Below, piece after piece: positions 1-8,320 of a DNA stretch of 64,000 bases. Numbering within the stretch: position 1 is the first letter of the stretch; each line of letters opens with the position of its first letter. The notes beneath the pieces are model-generated. The model searched no databases. It was not told the DNA's origin and worked only from the letters and a program-made list of their open reading frames with translations. A program made the translations under genes and the position numbers. The stretch is taken from the NCBI GenBank assembly GCA_016186955.1, contig JACPKP010000006.1, positions 4,055-68,054 on the forward strand, read 5' to 3'. This stretch comes from Candidatus Daviesbacteria bacterium (GTDB lineage: Bacteria; Patescibacteriota; Microgenomatia; Daviesbacterales; UBA10151).

Positions 1-344
1 ATGCCAAAAATAGGAATAAGGCCTCATTTTTTGCAAAGCTTAAGGGTATTGGCGGAAATTTAAATATGAAAAGGACACTTGACAGCAGAAGGCAAAATAT
101 TAATATCCAGGTGGGGTTAAACGCAGATTTTGCCGGGAGCATCAATGAACAAACAGGAGAGGCCAGGATGGATTTGCAAATTTTAGCTGATAAGAAAAAT
201 TCAGAGATGAAAGCTTCTGAACTTAAAGCCAAAAAACAGCAGCAGATGGCAGCTGTCTCAGGAGGCGGTAAAAATTTAAGGACTCACCTTGGCGCACAGG
301 AAGGCCAAAGCATGGTGGCAAACGCCATTGCAACCGCAGGATAA
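1..344 (+). CDS. hypothetical protein, 5'-truncated by the window edge
   Basis: Frame of ORF 66..344 is open back to position 3 with no stop. Confidence 0.6.
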   Translation, partial: AKNRNKASFFAKLKGIGGNLNMKRTLDSRRQNINIQVGLNADFAGSINEQTGEARMDLQILADKKNSEMKASELKAKKQQQMAAVSGGGKNLRTHLGAQEGQSMVANAIATAG

Positions 345-347
345 GTT

Positions 348-1814
348 TTACCCTTGAGAAGATTTGTTATTTTTCATTAACCCAAAAACATCAGGGTGTG
401 TTCTCAAATTGAATCCATCTTTTTCCCATCCTAAAAGATTGGGGTCTAAATTTATTCGTTCTTCGTATCTTCTTTTTAAGATTTGATAATAAGATGCATC
501 AATAGCTCGAATATTTAAGTGAGGGAATTGATCCTGAGCCATCAAGAATTTAGCCCATCCATCTGGATCTTCAAGTGGGTGTGCCATAATTTCATATAAA
601 GCTCGTTTACCTCTTTTGTTTGTGGTTACAAAATCCACACTTAGTACTGTTTCAGGAGAATCAAATATATCTCTAAACTGATCCGTTACCGCTAAAGATA
701 AGTTGAGCCCTATTTCATAATCCCTACAGATCAACTGCAATATCCTTGCTACATTAGCTTCCCATGTTGACTGAGCATAAAAACCAATATCTGGTCTAAA
801 CCCATGGATGGTAGGTAAATAATAGTGGTCTCTCCTCTCAGGATCTAATCTAGCTGTCCGCAAAGCTTGCGTAATCATCTGTCGGTATTCAGGGTTTTTC
901 CAAAGTTCAGTGTGTATGCGACTTAATTGAGAACGGTAATCAGTATTTTGCCATAAAGCTAAGGCAATTTCTCTGCGACATGCACTATATCCAGGGGACC
1001 GTCTTGTTCGTCTGCTTGCCTCAGCCCCTCTTTCCAAACAATCAGGATTCTGCCGCAACACCAGCATTTGTTGTCGAGATCTCTCAGTAGCCACAGCTTT
1101 GTATTCAGGATCTTGCCAAAGCTGAGCTAAAGTTTTAGATGAAGATACACGTTTAGATTCTCTAAAATCTGCATCCTCCCACTGTTTTTTTGCTTTTTCA
1201 GCTTGTTTTACCCTTGCCTCAGAACCTTGGTAATAGGTTCTTAGGGAAGCTGCAACCCTTCTTTTATGTTCGGGGTCAACCATTCTTTTTTTTTGTGCTT
1301 CTGATTGGATTTTTCTCCGCTCTTCGTCGGTATATTTAGCAATTCTTCTTGGTTTTTTTACTCTTTCTGATGTAGCACGCCTTGTTAAGTTACCAACTCG
1401 TAACTTTTCTGCTGTCCGTTCTTTTCTATCAGAGTCTTGCCAATATTGATCAAGCCCTTTTTCAACAGCCTTATGATTCTTTTGTCTAAATTCTTCGTTC
1501 TGTCAGAGTCTTTGAATAGCCTCACGGCGGGAGAAATATGGTATATTAGAAATTTTCATTAATTTCCCAACTAATTTATGAGTTAATCCATACTGTGAGG
1601 CAATATCCCTCAAGCTATCACCTTTAGTAGCCATTTGAGATATACGGAATAAAAGATTAGGTTCTCCCTCCGTAGATAAATTTGACGCCTCTATAGCTCT
1701 GAAACGATCTTGTATTCTTGCCGAAAAAGGACGTAACCCTTTAAGAGGTTGGGTAAATACTACATCAACACTGATAGCTCTAAATTTATCAGGATTAAAA
1801 GTTTCATTAGTCAT
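348..1814 (-). pseudogene. homing-endonuclease-like protein (HTH + W-x-x-P-E-Y/F-R repeats + C-terminal PD-(D/E)XK-like domain) interrupted by one in-frame TGA
   Basis: ORFs 1503..1832 and 348..1283 are in the same frame, joined by 73 sense codons; single TGA at 1503-1505; NUMOD3-like LWQDPEYK repeats; C-terminal QSTWEANVARIL...VDF...YEI motif. Confidence 0.65.
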
Positions 1815-1886
1815 AAATACAGTATTATACAATAATGAAGAAAAATATCAAACTATAAGTTTAATTTTGGGTTTTAAATCTGATCT

Positions 1887-1910
1887 GTGGGCAGTAGAGC
1901 ACTCGAACCT
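1887..1910 (-). repeat. degenerate copy of the tRNA-Val 3' end (att-like)
   Basis: gtgggcagtagagcactcgaacct vs gtgggcagtagaggattcgaacct at 2973-2996, 22/24 identical. Confidence 0.8.
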
Positions 1911-1962
1911 TTTAAAAAAACGCCCCCATTGCTGGGGGCGAAGCCTGTGGTTTTTGGTCGAT

Positions 1963-2361
1963 CTACTGAAAGTACGACAGGAAATATGAGGGAGGATTCC
2001 AATCAGGGCTGGGATTAAACCAGCCATAAATGAAATGGCCCCCGATAACCAGAGTTAATATTCCGAAGAATACCACTCCAGTCAAACTGCCCTCAAAATC
2101 GCCTGAATTTTTGCTCTCTGCCAATCCCTGGTAATTACAAAGGGTCAAGAGCGAGAAGAAAACAATCGGAATCAACCCGCCCAAACCCGACCACAGGATA
2201 TACCCGAACAACACAGAAGCACCTATGATCACTACCAAAGCGATCAATGCTATGGCTAGACCAGCTATAAGCTGACCCAACCCCTTCGCGAAAGAGAGAA
2301 CCATGTGCTTTCCTCCAGAGGTTTGCAACCAGCAAACTATTAAGGTACTCTGACAAACCAA
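1963..2361 (-). CDS. hypothetical membrane protein (about 3 TM); start possibly 2304
   Basis: Hydrophobic segments; downstream GC hairpin cgccccca/tgggggcg with T-tract on the minus strand. Confidence 0.65.
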   Translation of the reverse strand: MVCQSTLIVCWLQTSGGKHMVLSFAKGLGQLIAGLAIALIALVVIIGASVLFGYILWSGLGGLIPIVFFSLLTLCNYQGLAESKNSGDFEGSLTGVVFFGILTLVIGGHFIYGWFNPSPDWNPPSYFLSYFQ

Positions 2362-2373
2362 TCAGGCATGGGT

Positions 2374-2402
2374 ATTATATAGAAAGAAGTACTACATGTC
2401 AA
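2374..2402 (-). promoter_or_regulatory. sigma70 promoter TTGACA-17-TATAAT
   Basis: Perfect consensus on the minus strand. Confidence 0.8.
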
Positions 2403-2469
2403 ACTATGAGTTTAATGTTTAATTTTGGGTTGCTAAATCTGAAAAGAAGTTGGTCAGTATGTAACTATA

Positions 2470-2964
2470 TCAGGATGGTTCTATTAAACGGGATATGTCA
2501 ACAGGTTCTCCCAGCCTAAGCATATTCTTCTCTAAACCCGGTGTCCTGTTAACAAAAAGGAATTTACCTAAAGCTATTGCACTATTTTGAAGAATTCTTA
2601 ATTTCTTTTGGGTGAAGGATTTGAGGTCTTCATGAGTGTCATTGACCGGATTAAGATCACGATAAAAAGCATAGCCACGAAACCAAGCGTATTCATCTCC
2701 TATTTCCCATCTTACTCTGCTTGTCTCATTGAACCTATTAATAATAGGTTGAACAGTTCCCATAAGCAAATTTTCATAAAATACTCCATCATTTTGAAGC
2801 CCTACATTTGGGAAAGGAATCCTAACTCCATCTAGATGTCCTTCGCAGGATGACAAAGTCACAACTCCAACACTAATCAGACCTCTAACCAGACTCTGGA
2901 TTTTAGGGTCTATTTGGTTATGCGGCAGAGGTATATCATTTAACTCTCTAATTTGTTCGTTCAT
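2470..2964 (-). CDS. hypothetical protein with a TYW3-like N-terminal motif
   Basis: IDPKIQSLVRGL...VTLSSCEGH motif; ATG at 2964 just downstream of tRNA-Val. Confidence 0.55.
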   Translation of the reverse strand: MNEQIRELNDIPLPHNQIDPKIQSLVRGLISVGVVTLSSCEGHLDGVRIPFPNVGLQNDGVFYENLLMGTVQPIINRFNETSRVRWEIGDEYAWFRGYAFYRDLNPVNDTHEDLKSFTQKKLRILQNSAIALGKFLFVNRTPGLEKNMLRLGEPVDISRLIEPS

Positions 2965-2973
2965 ATTTGTAAG

Positions 2974-3046
2974 TGGGCAGTAGAGGATTCGAACCTCTGA
3001 CATCGTTCACGTCAAGAACGCGCTCTACCAACTGAGCTAACTGCCC
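2974..3046 (-). tRNA. tRNA-Val(GAC)
   Basis: Cloverleaf GGGCAGT/ACTGCCC, anticodon arm CGTTC-TTGACGT-GAACG, TTCGAAT T-loop; CCA not encoded. Confidence 0.97.
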
Positions 3047-3157
3047 GTAAGCTTTAAGCAATTTTACCACTACTTGCCTTCAAATAAAAACTCCTATATT
3101 ATGATTTATGAGGGTTTATGTGTATATGAGAAAATCTGATGACAGTAAATTAGGGGG

Positions 3158-3186
3158 TTGACAAATTGTTTCTGATACTATAAGAT
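3158..3186 (+). promoter_or_regulatory. sigma70 promoter TTGACA-17-TAAGAT driving the T-box leader
   Basis: Near-consensus with a 17-bp spacer. Confidence 0.8.
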
Positions 3187-3220
3187 ATGTGCAGTTTAAT
3201 ATTTTGACGTTTGGATTTAG

Positions 3221-3427
3221 GACGAGAAGGTAAAGATTAGCTTGGGTAGGAAAAAAGGGCCACCGACTGAAAGCTCTTTAAACAAGTAACCCTTACGAAG
3301 GACCACCTGAAAAGTCAAGACGTGTGATTAGCGTTAACCAATCAAGAGCGGTTCGACAAAATGCCGAACAAACGAAGTGGAACCACGGTATTACCGTCTT
3401 CGATATAAATCGAGGGCGGATTTTTTT
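3221..3427 (+). ncRNA. T-box riboswitch, threonine specifier (ACC)
   Basis: Antiterminator CGAAG-TGGAACC-ACGG-tatta-CCGT-CTTCG (3373-3402) overlapping terminator 3394-3427; stem I with GACTGAAA loop and ACC at 3302-3304; CGTTA F-box; stem III gttcg/cgaac. Confidence 0.88.
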
Positions 3428-3454
3428 CGCCTTCATTGAAGGGAGGTGAGAAAA

Positions 3455-3916
3455 ATGGAAATACCAAACCAGGAAAAACAACTTTATATAAAAAATTTAC
3501 AACTAATTTCCCCAAAAAGGGCTGTAAAATTGGGGATTAAAGCAATTTCACCACAATTTATGTCTCATGTTGTAAATATTTTCTTTAGGCAAGACGTGTT
3601 TAGCCGGATTGATGATGCTCCTTATCGGTTCAGATTAAACCAACCTATGCCGGCAAGGGAATGGATCTTAGGGAAAGAGGTGTTAGATAGTCGGCAAGTT
3701 AGCCATGATTTACCTTCGCATTCAGGAGGAGATTATGGAAAGTGGCTGGCTATACTGGAAGACCAGGGAGATAAAGAATGGCAGAAAGATCGGGTTATAA
3801 AAGCTAAGGAACTGAGAGCCTACTGCTGGAATGATAGGTGGAATGAAAGCCAGCATGTAGAGAGAATCTACAGGGGTTATCTTTTGTATGATCCAAGGCC
3901 AGGGAAATTGCTCTGA
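3455..3916 (+). CDS. hypothetical protein, possibly frameshifted (alternative frame continues to 4035)
   Basis: Strong SD GGAGGTG before ATG 3455. Confidence 0.6.
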   Translation: MEIPNQEKQLYIKNLQLISPKRAVKLGIKAISPQFMSHVVNIFFRQDVFSRIDDAPYRFRLNQPMPAREWILGKEVLDSRQVSHDLPSHSGGDYGKWLAILEDQGDKEWQKDRVIKAKELRAYCWNDRWNESQHVERIYRGYLLYDPRPGKLL

Positions 3917-4047
3917 AAGCTGGATTTTATTATCCAGTTTGTGATTTAGAAAAACATCATAATTGGTATGAAAAATACCCGATATATGAATTTTCTATTT
4001 TAGAAAATGAGGTAGAATTTAAGGTTGTAAGATAGCCTTTGATTGGG

Positions 4048-4079
4048 AGCAGTAAAGATGGGTACCCATCTTTACTGCT
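4048..4079. repeat. perfect 32-bp palindrome
   Basis: AGCAGTAAAGATGGGT|ACCCATCTTTACTGCT. Confidence 0.9.
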
Positions 4080-4116
4080 TTAAGATGGATTTAATTTTTG
4101 TTATAGTATTAACATT

Positions 4117-5370
4117 ATGGATGATAAACAAAGCTTACCATTTGAAGATGACAAAAAGTTAAAAGATCATAAACAAATAGGTCAAGAGATGGAACTTTTT
4201 TTCACCGATGAAATTGCTCCAGGTGCGTCTTTTTGGCTTCCTAAGGGAATGGTAATCTTCAAGGAACTTGAGAAATATATTAGAGAATTGACCTTAGATG
4301 CAGGATACCTGGAAACTTCAACTCCAATTATGGTTAAAAGTGAGTTGTTTAAACAATCCGGACATTGGGAGAAATTTGGAGAACACAATATGTATAACTT
4401 AGTACTCTCTGAAGAGAATGACGAGTCTAAAGCTCTTTCATATTCCTTAAAACCTATGAACTGTCCTGAGTCGACTATTCTTTATAGGTTCAGACCAAGA
4501 AGTTATAAAGAATTACCCTTGCGTTTGATGGAGATTGGCAGGTTGCACAGAAGAGAAAAGTCTGGTGAAGTAAACGGGTTACTGCGGGTCAGACAACTGA
4601 CTATGGATGACGCTCATATTTATGCAAGAGAAGGTCAAATTTTTGATGAAGTATCGAATATTTTGGATACTATGGTAGAGTTTTACAAAAAGCTAGGCTT
4701 TGAACCTGAATTTAGATTTGCCACCAGACCTGAAACTAGGGCTGGGACAGATGAAATGTGGGATAAGGCAGAAGAAACATTATCTGAAGCTATAAAGAAG
4801 AAAGGGATTCAAGCAGGAGATAAAAAAGGTGATGGTGCTTTTTATGGACCTAAAATTGATTTACATATAAAGGATGCCCAAAAACGAGAATGGCAGCTGG
4901 CAACAGTCCAGCTCGATTTTCATATGCCGGAGGCATTTGATTTGAGATATATTAACGAGGAAGGACAAGCTCAAAAACCAGTAATGATACATCGTGCAAT
5001 TTTTGGCTCTTTTGAGAGGTTTATTGCTATTTTGACTGAGCATTTTCAGGGGGCTTTCCCTTTGTGGCTGTCACCAGTCCAGGCACAAATTATACCCATT
5101 TCAGATAAACACATCAACTATGCACAAAAATTACTCGGACAATTTAAGTCCCCAGGGATAAGGGTTGAGATTGACGGAAGGGCAGAAACTATGCAGTCTA
5201 AAATTAGGGATGCCCAAACGCAAAAAATCCCCTACATGATTATTGTAGGAGATAAGGAAGAGCAGTCCGGAAGTATTTCGATAAGAACCAGGGGTGGTGA
5301 AAATTTGGCTAACCAAGATATGGAACAATTTTTGGATAAAATAAAACAAGAGATTGCTGAAAAAGTTTAA
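4117..5370 (+). CDS. thrS: threonine--tRNA ligase lacking the N-terminal TGS and editing domains
   Basis: KPMNCP, GLLRVRQLTMDDAH, AFYGPKID, HRAIFGSFERF motifs; starts just before the catalytic core (417 aa). Confidence 0.97.
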   Translation: MDDKQSLPFEDDKKLKDHKQIGQEMELFFTDEIAPGASFWLPKGMVIFKELEKYIRELTLDAGYLETSTPIMVKSELFKQSGHWEKFGEHNMYNLVLSEENDESKALSYSLKPMNCPESTILYRFRPRSYKELPLRLMEIGRLHRREKSGEVNGLLRVRQLTMDDAHIYAREGQIFDEVSNILDTMVEFYKKLGFEPEFRFATRPETRAGTDEMWDKAEETLSEAIKKKGIQAGDKKGDGAFYGPKIDLHIKDAQKREWQLATVQLDFHMPEAFDLRYINEEGQAQKPVMIHRAIFGSFERFIAILTEHFQGAFPLWLSPVQAQIIPISDKHINYAQKLLGQFKSPGIRVEIDGRAETMQSKIRDAQTQKIPYMIIVGDKEEQSGSISIRTRGGENLANQDMEQFLDKIKQEIAEKV

Positions 5371-5406
5371 CTGTGCTACAATATATGGTGTGTCATTCTA
5401 GGATTT

Positions 5407-5460
5407 TGTCATCCTGAGCAAAGCGAAGGATATATATTCTTCACTAAGTTCAGAATGACA
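5407..5460. repeat. REP/RPE-like palindromic element
   Basis: TGTCATCCTGAG...TTCAGAATGACA terminal inverted repeat. Confidence 0.75.
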
Positions 5461-5501
5461 GGAAAAAGAGTGGCTTTTTTGAAGTTCAGGGAGGAAAACA
5501 A

Positions 5502-6059
5502 ATCGGTAAATATTATCGTCTAAATCTAAACATTCAAAGCCAAGAGCTTTTGGTAATTGATTCTGATGGCACTAAACTTGGTGTAATCAGCAAGGCAGAG
5601 GCATTGAATAAAGCACATGAACGTGGTTTAGACCTGGTGGAGATTGCGCCAAATGTTAAACCTCCGGTAGCGAAGATTTTGGATTTCCAAAAATTCCGCT
5701 ATGATGAAAGTAAAAAAGAGCAAGCTGCCAAAAAACATGCCAGGGATGTTTCCTTAAAAGAGATCTGGTTATCACCAAGAATCGCCGAGCATGATCTAAA
5801 CACCAGATTAAAAAGGGCTGATGGGTTTTTGAATGAGGGGGATAAGATTTTATTCAGGGTCAAGTTTAAAGGCAGGGAGATGGCACATTTGGAATTTGGG
5901 TTTCAGCTTTTAAAGAAGATTTTTAATCAATTCGGTGATAAAATAACAATTGAGCGTGAACCGAAGGTAGAAGGAAGAAGTATTACGGCAATAATAGGGA
6001 GGAGTAAAGGAGGGCCTAAAACAAATAATCAAGAAACAAGTAACGGAATAACAAAGTAA
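5502..6059 (+). CDS. infC: translation initiation factor IF-3, probable ATC start
   Basis: LDLVEIAP, FKGREMAH motifs; in-frame ATC at 5502 after SD GGAGG. Confidence 0.95.
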   Translation: MGKYYRLNLNIQSQELLVIDSDGTKLGVISKAEALNKAHERGLDLVEIAPNVKPPVAKILDFQKFRYDESKKEQAAKKHARDVSLKEIWLSPRIAEHDLNTRLKRADGFLNEGDKILFRVKFKGREMAHLEFGFQLLKKIFNQFGDKITIEREPKVEGRSITAIIGRSKGGPKTNNQETSNGITK

Positions 6060-6084
6060 TATTCTTCGAGCAATAAACAATATT

Positions 6085-6285
6085 ATGAAAACTAAGCACA
6101 AAACAAAAAAGGCGCTAAGCAAACGGGTTAAAATTACCGGTACAGGTAAAATTTTGCGTTCGCATCAGTTGAGGGCAGGGCATCTTAAACGCCACAAAAC
6201 AAACAGGGCGCTCAGACGCCACAAAGAACCAATCCTGTTGAATAAAACAATGATAAAATCGTTTAAAAGAATGTTAGGTATATAG
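6085..6285 (+). CDS. rpmI: 50S ribosomal protein L35
   Basis: KTKKALSKRVKITGTGK; synteny with infC. Confidence 0.95.
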   Translation: MKTKHKTKKALSKRVKITGTGKILRSHQLRAGHLKRHKTNRALRRHKEPILLNKTMIKSFKRMLGI

Positions 6286-6288
6286 AAT

Positions 6289-6465
6289 ATGGGGAGGACA
6301 AGGCGTTTTTTCAGGCAATCTAATAAATCAATGTCCGGTACGGAAGGGGCAAGAAATTTTAACCAGACCAACAGAGGAACCTGGCACGAACGGATATTAA
6401 ATTTTATTAAAGTGAGGGGGAAATCCTCCTACGCCAAGGCTTCGGAGGACAAGGGAATAAACTAA
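6289..6465 (+). CDS. putative 58-aa small protein between rpmI and rplT
   Basis: ATG 3 nt after the rpmI stop, TAA 1 nt before the rplT ATG; basic N-terminus. Confidence 0.45.
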   Translation: MGRTRRFFRQSNKSMSGTEGARNFNQTNRGTWHERILNFIKVRGKSSYAKASEDKGIN

Positions 6466-6466
6466 G

Positions 6467-6811
6467 ATGGCGAGAGTTAAAAGAGGCGTGGAGTCACACG
6501 CTAAACATAAAAAATTATTAAACTTAACAAAAGGCCATAAAGGCGGCCGGAGTAAGCTGGTCAAACAAGCCAAAGAATCACTCTTGCATGCAGGGCAATA
6601 TGCTTTTGCCGGGAGAAGACAAAGGAGGCGTGATATGAGGAGGCTTTGGATCACCCAGCTTAATGCTGCAACCAGAGTTGAGGGGATAAGTTATTCAAAG
6701 TTTATTGCAAAATTGAAAGAAAAAAATATCCTGCTTGACAGAAAAATCCTGGCAGATTTGGCAGTAAACCAACCAGCAGATTTTAAGAAAATTGTTTCCC
6801 AAGTTAAATAG
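6467..6811 (+). CDS. rplT: 50S ribosomal protein L20
   Basis: MARVKRG, RRLWITQLNAA, LDRKILADLA. Confidence 0.97.
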   Translation: MARVKRGVESHAKHKKLLNLTKGHKGGRSKLVKQAKESLLHAGQYAFAGRRQRRRDMRRLWITQLNAATRVEGISYSKFIAKLKEKNILLDRKILADLAVNQPADFKKIVSQVK

Positions 6812-6821
6812 TATAATTGAT

Positions 6822-7184
6822 ATGGAAAAAATACCTTATTACCATGCTTCACGGTTTAAAACAGACGGTGATTGTAACCCCACATTCCTTTTAGCTGAAG
6901 AGGCTATTTCTGACAGGGCAAATGCTGATTTACATGTATCCTGCATTGGCGCTTCGTTTGGGGAACGAAGGTTTTCCTGGTTCGTTATTGTGTACGGGCC
7001 AAATTCCCCATCAAACAGCCTTGACCAACAATTACAAAGCATCTTATCAAAAGGGACAACCGTTACCATTCCGGATGATTTCATAAATGGTATGGTAGAA
7101 AGATACGTCCTAGAGGACCAAAAAGACAATAATCTATTAAGTAAACCTATCCATAAAGCCAATAAACCATTTAGCCCAAACTAA
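6822..7184 (+). CDS. hypothetical protein
   Basis: ORF between rplT and pheS; TATAAT just upstream of ATG 6822. Confidence 0.55.
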   Translation: MEKIPYYHASRFKTDGDCNPTFLLAEEAISDRANADLHVSCIGASFGERRFSWFVIVYGPNSPSNSLDQQLQSILSKGTTVTIPDDFINGMVERYVLEDQKDNNLLSKPIHKANKPFSPN

Positions 7185-7243
7185 TACCCAACCGCTCTTT
7201 TCATATCTTAAAACACAACTGCCAATATGCTAAAATTCAGCTT

Positions 7244-8302
7244 GTGGAAGAAAAGATTGAACAGTTATTAAATGAGTTCCCAGATAAAATAAAAAATGCC
7301 AAAACACTCAAGGATTGTGATATGCTTTTTCTGGAGCTTTATGGAAAAAAAGGTCATTTAACATTACTCACAAGAGAATTTAGGAATCTTGACAAAAACC
7401 TCCTGCAAAGGATCAGACCGAAGTTCCTCTCCGTAAAAAATCTGGAGATTGATTTAAACAAGCGCAAAGAGGAGATACGGGAAGAGGGATACCGAAAACT
7501 TGAAAGTGAAAAGTTGGATTTGGAAGAGATTGCTTCTCCGGCTTCGCCGGATCGCAATGACGGGCGCCGGAAAGGGCATTTGCATCCTACGACTATTTTC
7601 ATGCAGGAGATAGTTGAACTCTTTAAAAAGCTGGGGTTCCAGCAATATGATGCGCCCCAGATTGATACTGACTATAATAATTTTGAAGTATTAAACATTC
7701 CACCTGAACACCCAGCCAGGGATCTGTGGGACACATTGTACATAAATTCGAAATTCGAAATTCGAAATTCGAAATTACTCCTGAGGACTCATACATCTAA
7801 TTCCCAAATTCATATTATGAGGGAATTCAAACCCCCAATCAGGATGATGGTTTTGGGTAGATGCTTTAGGTATGAAAATTTGGACCCGAGACATGAACAT
7901 ACTTTTGACCAGTTTGAATTAGTTTATATAGACAAGGGCTTGAGCATGGCAAATCTGCAATTTCTTTCCGAATATTTTCTAAAGCACATGTTCGGGCAGG
8001 AGATTAAGGTCAGACTACAACCCGGATATTATCCCTTTACAGAACCTTCAGCAAAAATTTTAGGAGAGTGTATTTTTTGTAAAGGCAGCGGGTGTAAAAT
8101 TTGCGGCGGGGTGGGCTGGCTGGAACTGGCAGGTGCAGGTATGATCCACCCAAAAGTTTTAGAAAATGGCGGTGTTGACCCAAATATTTATTCAGGAATT
8201 GCTTGGGGCGTGGGTCCTGCCAGAATGGCAATGCTTAAATGGGGTATTGAGGATATCAGGGAATTTTTAAAAGGAGATTTGAAATTTCTTCAGAAATTTT
8301 AA
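7244..8302 (+). CDS. pheS: phenylalanine--tRNA ligase alpha subunit
   Basis: GHLHP, HPARD, LRTHTS, YYPFTEPS, CxxC-x2-CxxC, GAGMIHP. Confidence 0.97.
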   Translation: MEEKIEQLLNEFPDKIKNAKTLKDCDMLFLELYGKKGHLTLLTREFRNLDKNLLQRIRPKFLSVKNLEIDLNKRKEEIREEGYRKLESEKLDLEEIASPASPDRNDGRRKGHLHPTTIFMQEIVELFKKLGFQQYDAPQIDTDYNNFEVLNIPPEHPARDLWDTLYINSKFEIRNSKLLLRTHTSNSQIHIMREFKPPIRMMVLGRCFRYENLDPRHEHTFDQFELVYIDKGLSMANLQFLSEYFLKHMFGQEIKVRLQPGYYPFTEPSAKILGECIFCKGSGCKICGGVGWLELAGAGMIHPKVLENGGVDPNIYSGIAWGVGPARMAMLKWGIEDIREFLKGDLKFLQKF

Positions 8303-8320
8303 ATTGTCATACAGAAAATT

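Noticed and set aside
348-1814. Group I intron or intein hosting the endonuclease-like gene
   Set aside because: No interrupted host gene or intron core seen; the gene has its own promoter
2965-3003. N-terminal extension of ORF 2470..3003 overlapping tRNA-Val
   Set aside because: Artefact of the longest-ORF call; ATG 2964 lies outside the tRNA
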